A stretch of DNA of 64,000 bases from Octopus sinensis (lineage: Eukaryota): assembly GCF_006345805.1 (NCBI RefSeq), contig NC_042999.1, positions 3,534,001 through 3,598,000 on the forward strand, written 5' to 3'. The translations under genes were made by a program, and so were the position numbers. The notes beneath the pieces are model-generated. The model had not been told where the DNA came from. It was given only the letters and a program-made list of their open reading frames with translations, and searched no databases. Position 1 is the first letter of the stretch. Each line of letters opens with the position of its first letter. Below, in pieces: positions 24,830 through 36,856 of this stretch.

Positions 24830-25454
24830 AGTATTACTGATTACAGTTTTACAAAGAACCACCCACTGGTTCTCTGTCTGACCGATGATGAATATAACAG
24901 TGAGATATCTCACCTATTGCAAAACCAATTCATATAGTACCATGTTTTTCCTTTTGTTATAATGTTACTGGTCTTTTCTTTTTTCCTTTTAAATATAAAT
25001 TAGCAAAGTATATACCAATTGACGCATAAATACATATTCAACAGACAGATTCAATGACGTAACTAATCCCAGAAACAATACACCTGATTCTAAGAGGAAA
25101 AGGTAAAAAGAAAAAGCAGACATTATTGGTTTTAGCTGGAATGTCTTTGATCAAAGACCTGCTTGGCCACGGCTCAGCAGCAATTGAATAAATAATGAAT
25201 CTGGAGGAGAGCCTCAACACCATCACATGATGTGTTAGAAATAGCAAGCAAGTCTACGTTATATGAAGGCATGGCGATGTAGTTACCCAGATGCCTTTTC
25301 TACTATCAATACTTGCCTATTTCTAAGCCAGATTAGATATTTCTCCATGGTCATGCACGTTTTTCACATGATATTAGATTTGAATGACACTGCTTAGATG
25401 ACAGTGACACACGTTTACAGCTACCATGAAATGCGGAACCAAGGAGACATAAAC

Positions 25455-25632
25455 ATCATACACACATACACACACAAAAACACACATACACATAAAAACA
25501 TACACACACACACACACATACACAAACATACACACAAAAACAGACACACAGACACACAAAAACAGACATACAAACATACACACCCACGCATACACATAAA
25601 CACATAGATACACACACACACACACACAGCAG
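25455..25632. repeat. (CA)-rich microsatellite
   Basis: Directly visible. Confidence 0.9.
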
Positions 25633-25640
25633 CAGCAGCA

Positions 25641-25797
25641 GGCTTCTTCTTGATTTCATCTACCAAATTTGCTCACAAGTCTTTGACCAACCTGGACTTA
25701 AAGTAGAAGGGCCCAATGTGCCATGTAACAGGACTGAAACCAAAACTATGTGGTTTGCAGTTGGGAAGCAAACTTCATAACCACTGAGCCATACCTG
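25641..25797 (-). mobile_element. SINE family A head, diverged
   Basis: GGCTTCTTCTTGATTTCATCTACCAAATTTGCTCACAAG..GGACTGAAAC. Confidence 0.75.
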
Positions 25798-25882
25798 AAC
25801 CTAAATGGATGCAAAATCCATTACCACGATGAGGGTGATGATGATGATGATGCATCCATAAATACATATGCTCTGAATTACA

Positions 25883-26036
25883 TACGTGGCTGCGTGGTAA
25901 GAAGATTCCTTCCCAACTGCATGGTTCTGGGTTCAGTCCCACTGCGTGGCACTTTGGGCAAGTGTCTTCTACTATAGCCTCAGGGCTACCAAAGCCTTGT
26001 GAGTGGATTTGGTAGACGGAAACTGAAAGAAGCCTG

Positions 26037-26069
<33 letters not shown>

Positions 26070-26226
26070 CACAAGAGAGGCTGTGTGGTAAGAAGATTGC
26101 TTCCCAACCAAATGGTTTCAGGTTCAGTTCCACTGCATAGCATATTGAGCCAAGTGTCTTCTACTATAGCCTCAAGCCAACCAAAGCCTTGTGAGTGGAT
26201 TTGGTAGACGGAAACTGAAAGAAGAC
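25883..26226 (+). mobile_element. Two tandem SINE family A heads separated by (TA)n
   Basis: 25883-26037 and 26068-26226, both ending GGAAACTGAAAGAAG. Confidence 0.88.
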
Positions 26227-26227
26227 T

Positions 26228-26425
26228 AGTATATCGGCATTCGACATGATAGATCGCTAGCCACTACACCTTCTTTATTTTCTCTCCTTGTTTCTTTCTG
26301 TGTCCCTTTCTGAAGAAGAGCATAGGCTCAAAACGTTAAAGACTTTTTCACTTCCCGAGCGTTATACTAACACATCTGTTTGTTGTCTACACCACCTGTC
26401 TTTGTCTTTTGTTTGTTTGTGAATT
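26228..26425 (+). mobile_element. Short Penelope/retrozyme-like element
   Basis: Carries a hammerhead-like core; related to 8245-8430, 56695-56860 and 61845-62040; ends in (TA)n. Confidence 0.65.
26306..26341 (+). ncRNA. Minimal hammerhead ribozyme-like motif
   Basis: CTTT-CTGAAGA-A-GAGC-ATAG-GCTC-AAAAC-GT-T-AAAG. G12 is replaced by A, so this copy is probably inactive. Confidence 0.6.
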
Positions 26426-26499
26426 CTCCCCATATATGTATATATATATATATAGGCACATGAGAGGCTGTGTGGTAAGAAGCTTGCTTCCCAACCACA

Positions 26500-26695
26500 T
26501 CTCCTACCTGACCCCTCCCTTATTTGTCTCCTTCCACCTGACCCCTGACTTATCTGTCTTCTTCTGTTTGATCCCTACTTGTCTGTCTCTTTCTGTTTGA
26601 TCCCTACCATATCTCTCTCCTACCTAACCCACGCCCTTATCTGTCCCCTTCTGCCTGACCCCTGCCTTATCTGTCTCTTTCTACCTGACTCCTGC
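26500..26695. repeat. Pyrimidine-rich degenerate tandem repeat
   Basis: CTACCTGACCCC..CCTTATCTGTCTC variants. Confidence 0.7.
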
Positions 26696-26774
26696 AGAGA
26701 TCAGTAAAAATTGAAAGAATTGTGTTAAGAAACGGGGAAACATATAACCCTCATACTTCAAATATATGGGAAAC

Positions 26775-27046
26775 TACCATCTGCGTCATCTCTTGTGAAA
26801 GGTAAGAGAGTCCAGTTTGCTGGACATTGTTGTAGAGCTGAAAACAAGGTAATTTCTACTCTTCTCCTCTGGAAGCCATCTACTCGCAATACCAGAGGGC
26901 GCACACTCTCCTACCCTGATGTAATCTCCAGGGATACAGGCATCCAGCAACAGGACCTCCGTAATGCCATGATGGACCCTGAAGTCTGGCGTAGCATGGT
27001 AAATTCCATTGACTCGACCATGGTCGAACAATGATGATGATGATGA
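26775..27046 (+). mobile_element. 3' end of a second RTE-clade LINE family
   Basis: RVQFAGHCCRAENKVISTLLLWKPS..RGRTLSYPDVISRDTG..AMMDPEVWRSMV* followed by (GAT)n. Confidence 0.85.
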
Positions 27047-27399
27047 GAACCTATGACAATTCTGACTTTGGGAAACTATTTGAGATATCGTTATCCAAAT
27101 TGTCCTTCTGATTTTAATACTTAATTTGTTATTTGAAGAAGAATTAGTAGCTATTTCTAGGAGGTTGAACTGCTACTTATAGGCTCCTTGGTTAGATCAG
27201 TAAACTTGGAGCTTCTTTGACAAGTAGACAAGTACACTCTGCAGAGTTGTTCTCGTGAAATATGTGTGGCAATAGAAATATAGTTTATGGTGCTGACACA
27301 GCTTCCTATTCATATTTTTATCAATGCAAGTAATTAGGACTGGGTGGCTTATTTAAGGCATTATCAAAGATTTGGCATGTCTATTGATTCGGAAGATGA

Positions 27400-28270
27400 A
27401 GATGTGTGTATGTGAGTGTATGTGTGTGCGTGCATGTGTGAGTATGTGTGTGTGAGTATATATATGAGTGTGTGTGTGTGTGTGAGTATATATATGAGTG
27501 TGTGTGTATGCGTGAGTATATATGAGTGTATGTGTGTGTGAGTATATATATGAGTGTGTGTGTATGTGTGAGTATATATATGAGTGTGTGTGTGAGTATA
27601 TATATGAGTGTGTGTGTGTATGCGTGAGTATATATGAGTGTGTGTGTGTGAGTATATATATGAGTGTGTGTGTGTATGCGTGAGTATATATGAGTGTGTG
27701 TGTGTGTGTGTGAGTATATATATGAGTGTGTGTGTATGCGTGAGTATATATATGAGTGTGTGTGTATGCGTGAGTATATATGAGTGTGTGTGTGTGTGTG
27801 AGTATATATATATGAGTGTGTGTGTATGCGTGAGTATATATGAGTGTGTGTGTGTGTGTGAGTATATATATGAGTGTGTGTGTATGTGTGAGTATATATA
27901 TGAGGGTGTGTGTATGTGAGTATATATATGAGTGTGTGTGTATGTGTGAGTATATATGAGTGTGTGTGTGTGAGTATATATGTGTGTACAGACATACAAT
28001 ACATTCATACAGATATCAAGAAAATATTGATGTGTAAGCATAAATATATATACAAGTATGTGTGTGTATGATTGTGTGTATGTGTGTTTGTGTGTGTGTG
28101 TGTGTGTGTATGTGTGTATGTGTGCCTGAACACACATACATGAATGCATACATATAAATATTGCTCTGAGTGGTTTTTGTTTTGTGTGTGTGTGTGTGTG
28201 TGTTCATATGAGAAAGAGAGAGAGAGAGAATGTAGGTGAGTATGTCCATGTATGTATATGTGTGTGTGTT
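27400..28270. repeat. Compound [TGAG-(TA)n-TGAG-(TG)n] minisatellite
   Basis: Directly visible; gives spurious His/Thr-rich ORFs. Confidence 0.95.
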
Positions 28271-28523
28271 GATACATTCATACGTCTGTACGAATGTAAG
28301 TGTGAAGGGGGGGGGGAGTTTCGTGTAGTGCATGGCATCCATTCGTATCGGATTGAGTCATTTCATTTCGCTTCATTTCCAAAACTTAGAGTCTCTGACT
28401 TGTCTTTCAATACACAGGAAATAGGGGAATGGTGCTTAACTGAATTAACCTCAACACTCAACAGGAAAAGGATTTCTTTGATGCCAACATAATATACCAT
28501 TAAGAATTATGAGATACTTTCAT

Positions 28524-28524
<1 letters not shown>

Positions 28525-28561
<37 letters not shown>

Positions 28562-28749
28562 AATAAAATATACACACATATATCCACGTTATAATATATA
28601 TTATACATATACTCATACATATAAATTCTATACATATATACAGATAAGCTATATATATATATACACACATCACACACACATATATGTATATATATATATA
28701 TATATATACACACATCACACACACATATATATATATATATACACATCAC

Positions 28750-28780
<31 letters not shown>

Positions 28781-28839
28781 ATATATACATCACATATATA
28801 TATATATAATATATATATATATAATATATATATATACAT

Positions 28840-28898
<59 letters not shown>

Positions 28899-28975
28899 CA
28901 CATATATATATATACATCACATATATATATATACATCACATATATATATATATATACACACACATCACACATTTA
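28525..28975. repeat. (TACA)n and [CATCACA-(TA)n] array
   Basis: Directly visible. Confidence 0.93.
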
Positions 28976-29444
28976 TGTATATGTGCATTCGTATATACTA
29001 CACATGTACAAACACATGATCATTTTACATTACCCTTTCTATGTTTGAAATGGGTTGAACAGGTCTACTCCACAGCACCTCACCACATTCTGCAGTCACT
29101 TATTTCTTTCATGACACTCAGCACCCTGCCATCAGTCATTATCTTCAAACATTTCCTTTGGTTCACCCCTTTTGCAGGATCCTTCCATTTTCATTCCTTA
29201 GAACTTTTCACCCAACTGCTATCCTTCAAACCCATCACATATTCACTCCGGTAAAGCTTTTAAAAATGTTTCCATGCACACTACAGTTCCTTCTTTTCAA
29301 ACACATCCTTACTCTCAGACCACTGTTTTTTCCTCCTTCATATGCACTGATGTTACATATCCACCAGCACATTCTCTCCTCCTCTCTGTCTTCTTTCACA
29401 TCTTCATCATTCAGTCTTCACAAATGATGAAGATGTCCATGTTT

Positions 29445-29944
29445 TGGTTTTATGCAAAATTGTATGATATCGAAATTGAACCAAATTCAATGACTGGCAC
29501 CCGGTCATTGCCAGTGCCACTGGACTGACTCCTGTGCAGGTGGCAAGTAAAGAAACACCATTTCAACCCTGTGCTTGAGTCAAGTACATCAACATCAAAA
29601 ATCAATGGAAATTGTAGTTGTGATCCCTGTGCCGGTGGCATGTAAAAAGCACCATCCAAACGTGGCCGATGCCAGTGCCGCCTTGACTAGCTTCTGTGCC
29701 GGTGGCACATAAAAAGCACCAACCAATCATGGCCGTTGCCAGCCTCGCCTGGCACCTCTGCCGGTGGCATGTAAAGAGCACCCACTATACTCATGGAGTG
29801 GTTGGCATTAAGAAGGGCATCCAGCTGTAGAAACACTGTCAGATCAGACTGGGGCCTGGTGCAGCCTTCTGGCTTCCCAGACCCCGGTCGAACCATCCAA
29901 CCCATGCTAGCATGGAAAACGGATGTTAAACGATGATGATGATG
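29445..29944 (+). mobile_element. RTE 3' region
   Basis: GTGCCGGTGGCA modules, ending GGATGTTAAACGATGATGATGATG. Confidence 0.87.
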
Positions 29945-30038
29945 TACTCTCACACCCAGTCATGGTACAGCTTATGTTTCACTTGGTGAGAATCTTTTTG
30001 CTGCAAACTGGAGTAATATATAGTTTCCTGAATCTTAC

Positions 30039-30140
30039 TCTGGCTACTACTATGTTTTCCAACACAGCCATCTGAACTGCTGTTTGCGTTAACCAGGGAG
30101 CCAGATGCTCTCCACTGTTTCTAGCTTGTCTTGCAAGCAT
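30039..30140 (-). CDS. Candidate 102-nt exon
   Basis: gaattctttcag|102 nt|gtaagat; open only in phase 0, MLARQARNSGEHLAPWLTQTAVQMAVLENIVVAR. Adjacent to an old LINE remnant, so could be chance. Confidence 0.25.
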
Positions 30141-30169
30141 CTGAAAGAATTCATTGCTTGGGAACACAT

Positions 30170-30520
30170 CCTGCTAACTACTGCTGTGTATCTTCTTATG
30201 TACGAAGTGTTTCTTCTTTATCAACCTGACACTGATGTCACTGCATCTTTTACATACTCATTGCTTACATCAGGTTTAAAAGTATATAATTCCTGCACAA
30301 TTCTTTTCAACATACCAAGTGTGACCACGTGCTAAGACTTTCATCTTTGCTAGGTTTGCTTTTATATCAATTCACTTTAAACTGTTTTCATATTTGGACA
30401 TTTTCCTATAATTCTTCAACTGATTAAGCAATGCAAACTAAGTCTTTAACATACAGAAGATCTCACAAAATTTGTAGTCCTGGTATAATTCTGACATTCA
30501 GAACTTGAGACAGCAATTTC
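30170..30520 (-). mobile_element. Ancient RTE-like LINE remnant
   Basis: ..KANLAKMKVL.. parallels LRVNVAKIKVI of the LINE at about 11730. Confidence 0.35.
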
Positions 30521-30714
30521 TGTTCGTCTCTAGTTTCTGTTCCCCTTTACTCTTTAAGCAAGTGGAAATGATATTGCTGCTGCTACATCAGTCAATGAGA
30601 CAACATCTTCCTCAGCTACTTGGTTAATTATGCAATCAGTCAGTTGTGACTAGCTAATTATGGAATTGGTGAATTGTGACTAGTTCATGCCGTACTTCAA
30701 ATATTTTCAACATT

Positions 30715-31047
30715 TACTCACTTACTTCTTTCAGACATTTGACTGCGGCCATGCTGGAGCACCACCTTTTAGTCAAGCAAATCATCCCCAGGACTTATTC
30801 TTTGTAAGCTTAGTACTTATTCTATTAGTCTCTTTTTCTGTAAATTCGAAGTATTATATATATATATATATACATACACACATACATACAACAGGCTTTC
30901 AATCAGTTTCTGTCTACCAAATCTAGTCTCATGGCTCTGGTCGGCTCAAGGTTACAATAGAAGACATCTAAGCCGCCACGCAGTGGGACTGAACCTGGAA
31001 CCACATGGATGGAAAGCAAACTTTTTAACCATACCACAGCCATGAAT
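30715..31047 (-). mobile_element. SINE family A, deleted and diverged
   Basis: TTTGACTGCGGCCATGCTGGAGCACC..CAGTGGGACTGAACC. Confidence 0.82.
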
Positions 31048-32849
31048 GTATATATATCCATGCCTGCATCAATCATTTAAGCATATTCTTGCCAGTTGCT
31101 ATAACAAAGAATAGGAAATAGAGATAGTAAATGGATCCAATCTCAAGTCTCTGCAGAAAGCAATATATAACAAGTTGGAAGTCAAGCAAAGGGCATTAAG
31201 TTTATCAATGTTCTAACTCATGATGATGTGAGAGAGAAGACACTTTCTTTCATGCCATGTTAGCTGTTAAACTCGATATCACCTGTGTCTGATGTGATTT
31301 GATATATTGAGGCTGAGTTAAGAGAGACAGAAACAAAGAGGTGGTGTTATCAGATTGCTGTGCGTAGTTAATGAACAAGTCATGTAAATTAAATAGCTGA
31401 AAATAATTGGCTAATTATAATCAGCGAAGATTAGATTAAAGACAGTGAGGAAAGCAATTAGGGACAGGGAAATCTTTAGGGTTTTTGTGAATCGTTACCA
31501 AGATGAGATGTTGAAAGTATCAGAAATGGGTTGCTGTCATTAGTTTCTCACTTAGCTAATTTCCATTGAAAGCTGTCCCTGTTGACTGGAATAATGTTAA
31601 AATCCTCTCCATGACTACTCTGAAGATGGGGTTCTTAAAGGCAGTAATGGATTAAGAAATAAGAGTGACAGAAAAGATGAACAGAACAAACGAAATGGCT
31701 TTGTTTCATTTCTCTTCCTTGTTTTGTTTCTTGTTTGGTATTTAAACACTTTAGTCAGGATTGAGGGCAGTACTTATAACCTCTGAGACAGGCAGAACGA
31801 AAGGTAAAAGGTATTCTCAAACCAAAGATGCAAGGAAGGAGTGGATAAGTAACTCAATACGATGTCAGAACAAATATGAAGGAAGCTTTAAAATTCTAAA
31901 CAGAGAAACAGATGGAGTAAAGATTGTTTGCCAACATAACATGGCATTCCTGGTTTAGGACAAATGTTGCTGTAATTTAACCCCAGGAGACATTGTCTCC
32001 AGCTGGCTATACAACACGATCTGTGTCCTTATATTTTCAAATGAGGGAATCTAACTAAATTACAGCAACCTTCATCCTAAACCAGGACTGCCATGTTATA
32101 TTGGCAAAAGAATCTTTACTCCAAAGTACTGTTGCTGAATATCTCTCATTTGAGATTTAGAAATAGTAATTTTCTAGAGAAGCAGATGCTCTGTAAGAAT
32201 CACATGATAAACTGTATAAACCATTCTTTTTATAGGTTAGTCAGGAAAAGGAACATTCATAGACTCTCCAAGACTGGCAAAATCAGTGCTGTCAATGTTC
32301 TTTGTGAATGACTGCAGATGAAACATGGACTGGGAGGGAATTCCAGGAGGCTACCATTTTTAGATAGAATACTGGGTAATAGCAAGTAGTGTGAGGCCTG
32401 TAGAGTGGACAGAATATGGGTGATGAGAAGAAGAGAATCCAGCCAAAGAAATCCTTCCAAAGCAAACAAATTGAGCTTGGTGAAACTCTTTGGCTTGCCA
32501 GTTCTTGTCAAACTGTCCAAGTCGTGGCAGCAAGGAAAACGGACGTTAAATGGTGGTGGTGGTGGTGGTGGTGATGATGTATGTATGTATAAATATGTAT
32601 GTATATTTATCTCTCTATCAGCATGAAAAGCCGGTAGTTATAGCAATGTTTTTATGAAAAGTGTTATTTTAACATTTAAAGAAGGAAAATCAGAGTATAT
32701 GACACTTTTCAGTGAAGAAAGATGGAAGAAAGATATTCTGGACACCAGAGCCTTAGGTCACATGCTTGCAACAGAGAGTCTGCAAATGGTACCCAAGGAC
32801 CAGGTGACAGTGCTTATAGTTTACTTACAAGGCAGGGTGGCAAGCTGGT

Positions 32850-33640
32850 CGAATCATTAGCACACCAGACAGAATGCTTAGCAGCATGTCCTTTGTCTTT
32901 ATGTTTCGAGCTCAGATGCTGCCAAGATCGACCTTGCCTATCACCTTTTAGAGGTCAATAAAGTAAGTACCAGTTAAACATTGGGATTGATGTACTGTAA
33001 ATCCTTGAGTATAATCCGCATTTCTTACCCAAAATTTAAAGGTCAAAATCCCTATGAGGTTAAAAATGAAAAATAAATTCTAAGCAATGTCCGGGTCTCT
33101 ATTTGTTGTCCGGCAATGTTTATTAAGCTAAACCTGAAAGCAATGAAGTCATAAAAGAATCATCCATAACTTGCAGTAAGCAATGTTTACTTAACATTAC
33201 TATTATTTCTTAATTTTCTGCAAACAAAATGCACAAAAAAGCTACACGTTTGCATTATGTTATATATACAATAATAATAAAGGATGTTACCGTATACAGT
33301 TTTACAAATCAAGGACGTTATATAGACCTCCTTAACTCAAGTTAGAGAAGGGGTGCGTATCATACACAAGGTTTAGGTTTTTCAGAGGTACAGCCCCCTA
33401 AAAATCCCCTGCGTATTATACTCAAGGGCAGACTATACTCGAGGATTTACGGTAATTGACATTCTCCAGCCCCTGAAATTGCTGGCCTTGTGCCAAAATT
33501 TGAAGCCAATATTTTACTTACAAGGCTTTGGTTAAGCCAGAGCTGTGAGAAAAGACATTTGCCCAAAATACAGTGTGCTAGGATTGAACCTGAAATTATG
33601 TGGTTGAAGAACAAACATCTTAACCTCACAGCCATGCCTG
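32850..33640 (+). mobile_element. SINE family B interrupted by a MITE, followed by a SINE A head fragment
   Basis: SINE B sequence breaks at TA 32993 and resumes after 33454 (ATTGAC..GAAATTGCTGGCCTTGTGCCAAAA). Confidence 0.7.
32993..33454. mobile_element. Tc1/pogo-type MITE
   Basis: TIRs TACTGTAAATCCTTGAGTATAATCCGC / GCAGACTATACTCGAGGATTTACGGTA, with TA ends. Confidence 0.85.
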
Positions 33641-34916
33641 GTGAATATAAATAGAAAACAACCATAATTTGTCTTTGGCATCTTGCAATCAGGACTGGGT
33701 GGGATTATATTTAATTAATTCTTTTGTCTTCATAACAATGAATAAAATTTGGCATTTGGCATGAAGAGACTTAAAGTATTTACTTTAAACTAAGTATTAG
33801 TATTAATATCTATGCTTAAAACATTTTTCCTTAAAAAGCACTTTATTAGTAAATCATCATCGTCACCAGTTTTGGTACCGCTAACTGCCAATGCGTCTGT
33901 GCAGTCAGCACATTTTTGGCTATGTCCCTATTATCATTACAATCATTTCCTCTCATTTTTTCCATTATTATTATTATTATTATTATTATTATCATTATTA
34001 TTATTATCATTATTACGTTTCACAAATGTTGCGATATTAAAATACTGAGCTTAAAAGAATATTTAAAAGCCATTAATTTCGATTTTCCTTCGTTTTTTTT
34101 CCTTCTTTTTTCTCTTTCTTTTTTCGTATTATAATCCTTATTTAATATTCTATTATTATTGAAAATGGATTTCAATTAAACTTCAAAGGAAAAACATATT
34201 ATTTTATTGACTTCATGCTTAATACATACACTTTTACTAGTTTATAATAGTTGCAAGGAAAAAAAAAAAAAAGAAAACTGCAATTATGCCTCGTTCCATG
34301 TTTAACTCTTTTTAATCTTTATTTGAAAGTGTCTAACAGCAGTAATTTCACTCTTTTCTCAGTTATGCAGTTCAAAAGGCAATGAAAATTTACATACGCA
34401 TTCAACATAAAAATCATATTCTGTCAACGACTGTATGTAATTTTCTTTTTCTCTTGGAAATCAATGTTTTACTTTAGGCTTTGATATTCACATGTACTCA
34501 TCTGGTTATTCATAAGTTAGCTATTCTTTCTAAAGCAAACAATTACATTCTTATGAAATCTGATCGCAGCCATTAGTTACTTTCACTTTCTCTTCCGCTC
34601 TTCCTCTCTCTCTCTCTGTCTCTTCCACAATTATGAAAATGGTATCCATACTTCCAAACTTAGTTATTGTAATTGTACGCTATTCATCTCTTTCACCTTT
34701 TACTCCTTTTATCATCGTCCTTACTCCGCTTTACACCTAGTCGCTTTTCTATGAATAATTTAATTAATCCTACATTTACAAGAGCAGAACCTGTCTGATA
34801 GAGATATCTCTCTCTCTCTCTCTCTCCATTAATGAGGGAAACATGAACCAATGAAAGAGTTCTAATGTATCTATACAAAATGCTAGAGATGACAACCAAA
34901 CTCTCCCTCGACTCAC

Positions 34917-34959
34917 ATCTAACGCCAGTAAAAGCAGACATCGGATAATACAGTCTGAA
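34917..34959 (-). CDS. Candidate 38/43-nt microexon
   Basis: ttttgtttatgctttgtgtag(ttcag)|..|gtgagtcg; open as (S)DCIIRCLLLLALD or FRLYYPMSAFTGVR. Confidence 0.4.
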
Positions 34960-35087
34960 CTACACAAAGCATAAACAAAAATGAAATTGCCATGGTTAAA
35001 ATATATTCTATCAAAGATCTGTTCAATCGTGGCTAATGTACAAGTATATTACAAACGAAAAACTCCATCAGCATTTATTCTAATATC

Positions 35088-35233
35088 AGGTGCAGCTATG
35101 GCTGTGTGGTAAGAAGTTTGCTTCCCAACCACATTGTTCCAGGTTCAGTCACACTGTGTGGCACCTTGGATGTCTTCTATTATAGCCTTGGGCCAGCTAA
35201 AGCCTTGTGAGTGGATTTGGCAGACAGAAACTG
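35088..35233 (+). mobile_element. SINE family A head
   Basis: Family head sequence. Confidence 0.85.
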
Positions 35234-35427
35234 AAAGAAGCCTGTCTCTTTGGGATTCCTTAATGACAATGTCACCTTCATATAATTAAGGTATCTTCAG
35301 CCAGGTGAGTAGCAAGCCGAGTACTTCTCATTGAGTAATCATTACAGCAGAGGATCTTCTAGCTAGGAAACACGTGTAGCCTGGATTTTACCTGCTCTAC
35401 ACCCTCACTTTGGATTTTCATTCATAT

Positions 35428-35703
35428 GGACTGACTCCTGTGCAGGTGACACGTAAAAAACACCATTTCAAGCGAGGTCATTGCCAGTACCGCCAGACTA
35501 GCCCTCGTGCAGGTGACACGTAAAAAGCAGCCACTACACTCTCAGAGTGGTTGGTGTTAGGAAGGGCATCCAGCTGTAGAAACTCTGGCAGATCAGATTG
35601 GAGTCTGGTGCAGCCATCTGGTTCGCCAGTCCTCAGTCAAATCGTCCAACCCATGCTAGCATGGAAAACGGTTGTTAAACGATGATGATGATGATGATGA
35701 TGA
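35428..35703 (+). mobile_element. RTE 3' end
   Basis: Ends GTTAAACGATGATGATG. Confidence 0.87.
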
Positions 35704-35889
35704 TTCATAGCAACTCTAAAAATGTTTTTCAGCTTATCAAACTTCAATATGGAAAAAGCCTACAACCTTCAACACCAGTAAATTAGTATTGTTCCTGAAC
35801 GTTGATGTTTATACCTATCATCGACTGCTTAAAGCTCATGAACTTCCTACACTTAAATCTTTCGTTCTTATTATTACACACATACACAC

Positions 35890-36782
35890 ACGTATTCTGA
35901 TCAATAAGTATCCAGATTGTTGCCATAGTAACGAAGATAAATCACACAAAGTGAAGTTGCTTGACACAGATTGGGCTTGGGCTCTGTTGTGCATGAGCAC
36001 TAAGTTTTAAAATTCTAGCTTACTTCTGCTGTTTACAGCAGTGCTTAGAAGGAACATGTGTAGTGTGTGATCATTGCATTGACCATGACAGAGAAAGCCA
36101 AGCAGAGATTCTGCATCAAATTTTGCCAAAAGCTTGGCGATACCTGCTCAGAGGCCTATGCAAAGTTTTCAAAAAGGTTTCATCTTTCTCGACACAATCA
36201 AGATCTTGTGCAACTAAAACCCAAGTGTCCTCTTGGTCAGCCGAAAGTAGTTTTGGCACAAACTTGGCAGACATGCACCTCATACCCAAATCTTCAGAGA
36301 TAATGGACTGAGCTGAACCGTAACTAATCTGCATATCCTCTGATAACTCATGGATAGTAATTTGACGATTTCCCCTCATAGCTGCACGCACATCTCCAAT
36401 ATTTTTCTCAGTTCTGCTGGCTGTGGATCTCCCACAATTTTCATCACTATTGACAATTTTTGAGCATCTTGGAAATGTCTGAACCACTCATACACTTGTG
36501 TGCAGCTCATACTCTCCTTTCCATACACTTTCTGCAACCTTGTGTACACCTCTAAGCAGGTATTGCCATGACAATATTCTCTGTCATGGTCAATGTGATA
36601 ATTACATGCTACGCACGTTCCTTCCAAGCACTGCTGTGTTTACAGCAGAATTGAGCTAGAATATTAAAACTTAGTGAGTATGTACAACGGAGTCCAAGGT
36701 CAATCTTTGCAAAGCAGCTTTATTCTGCGTACTTTAGCTTCATTACTATGGCAACAGTCTGGAGACTTATTGATCAGATCTT

Positions 36783-36785
<3 letters not shown>
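35890..36785. mobile_element. Fold-back mariner derivative made of two left ends
   Basis: Both arms carry CTGATCAATAAGT..GTTGCCATAGTAA..TTGACCATGACAGAGAA. Left arm encodes QRFCIKFCQKLG on +; right arm encodes VYEWFRHFQD..GRSTASRT..SAKFVPKLL on -. Confidence 0.88.
35919..35932. promoter_or_regulatory. RFX X-box-like motif inside the mariner subterminal region
   Basis: GTTGCCATAGTAAC; mirrored copy ATTACTATGGCAAC at 36742-36755. Confidence 0.4.

Positions 36786-36856
<71 letters not shown>

Noticed and set aside
35815-35932. Native host promoter with X-box driving a first coding exon
   Set aside because: The X-box is inside the mariner arm and mirrored at 36742, so it is not evidence of a native promoter. 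Kept only as a TE-borne motif hypothesis.
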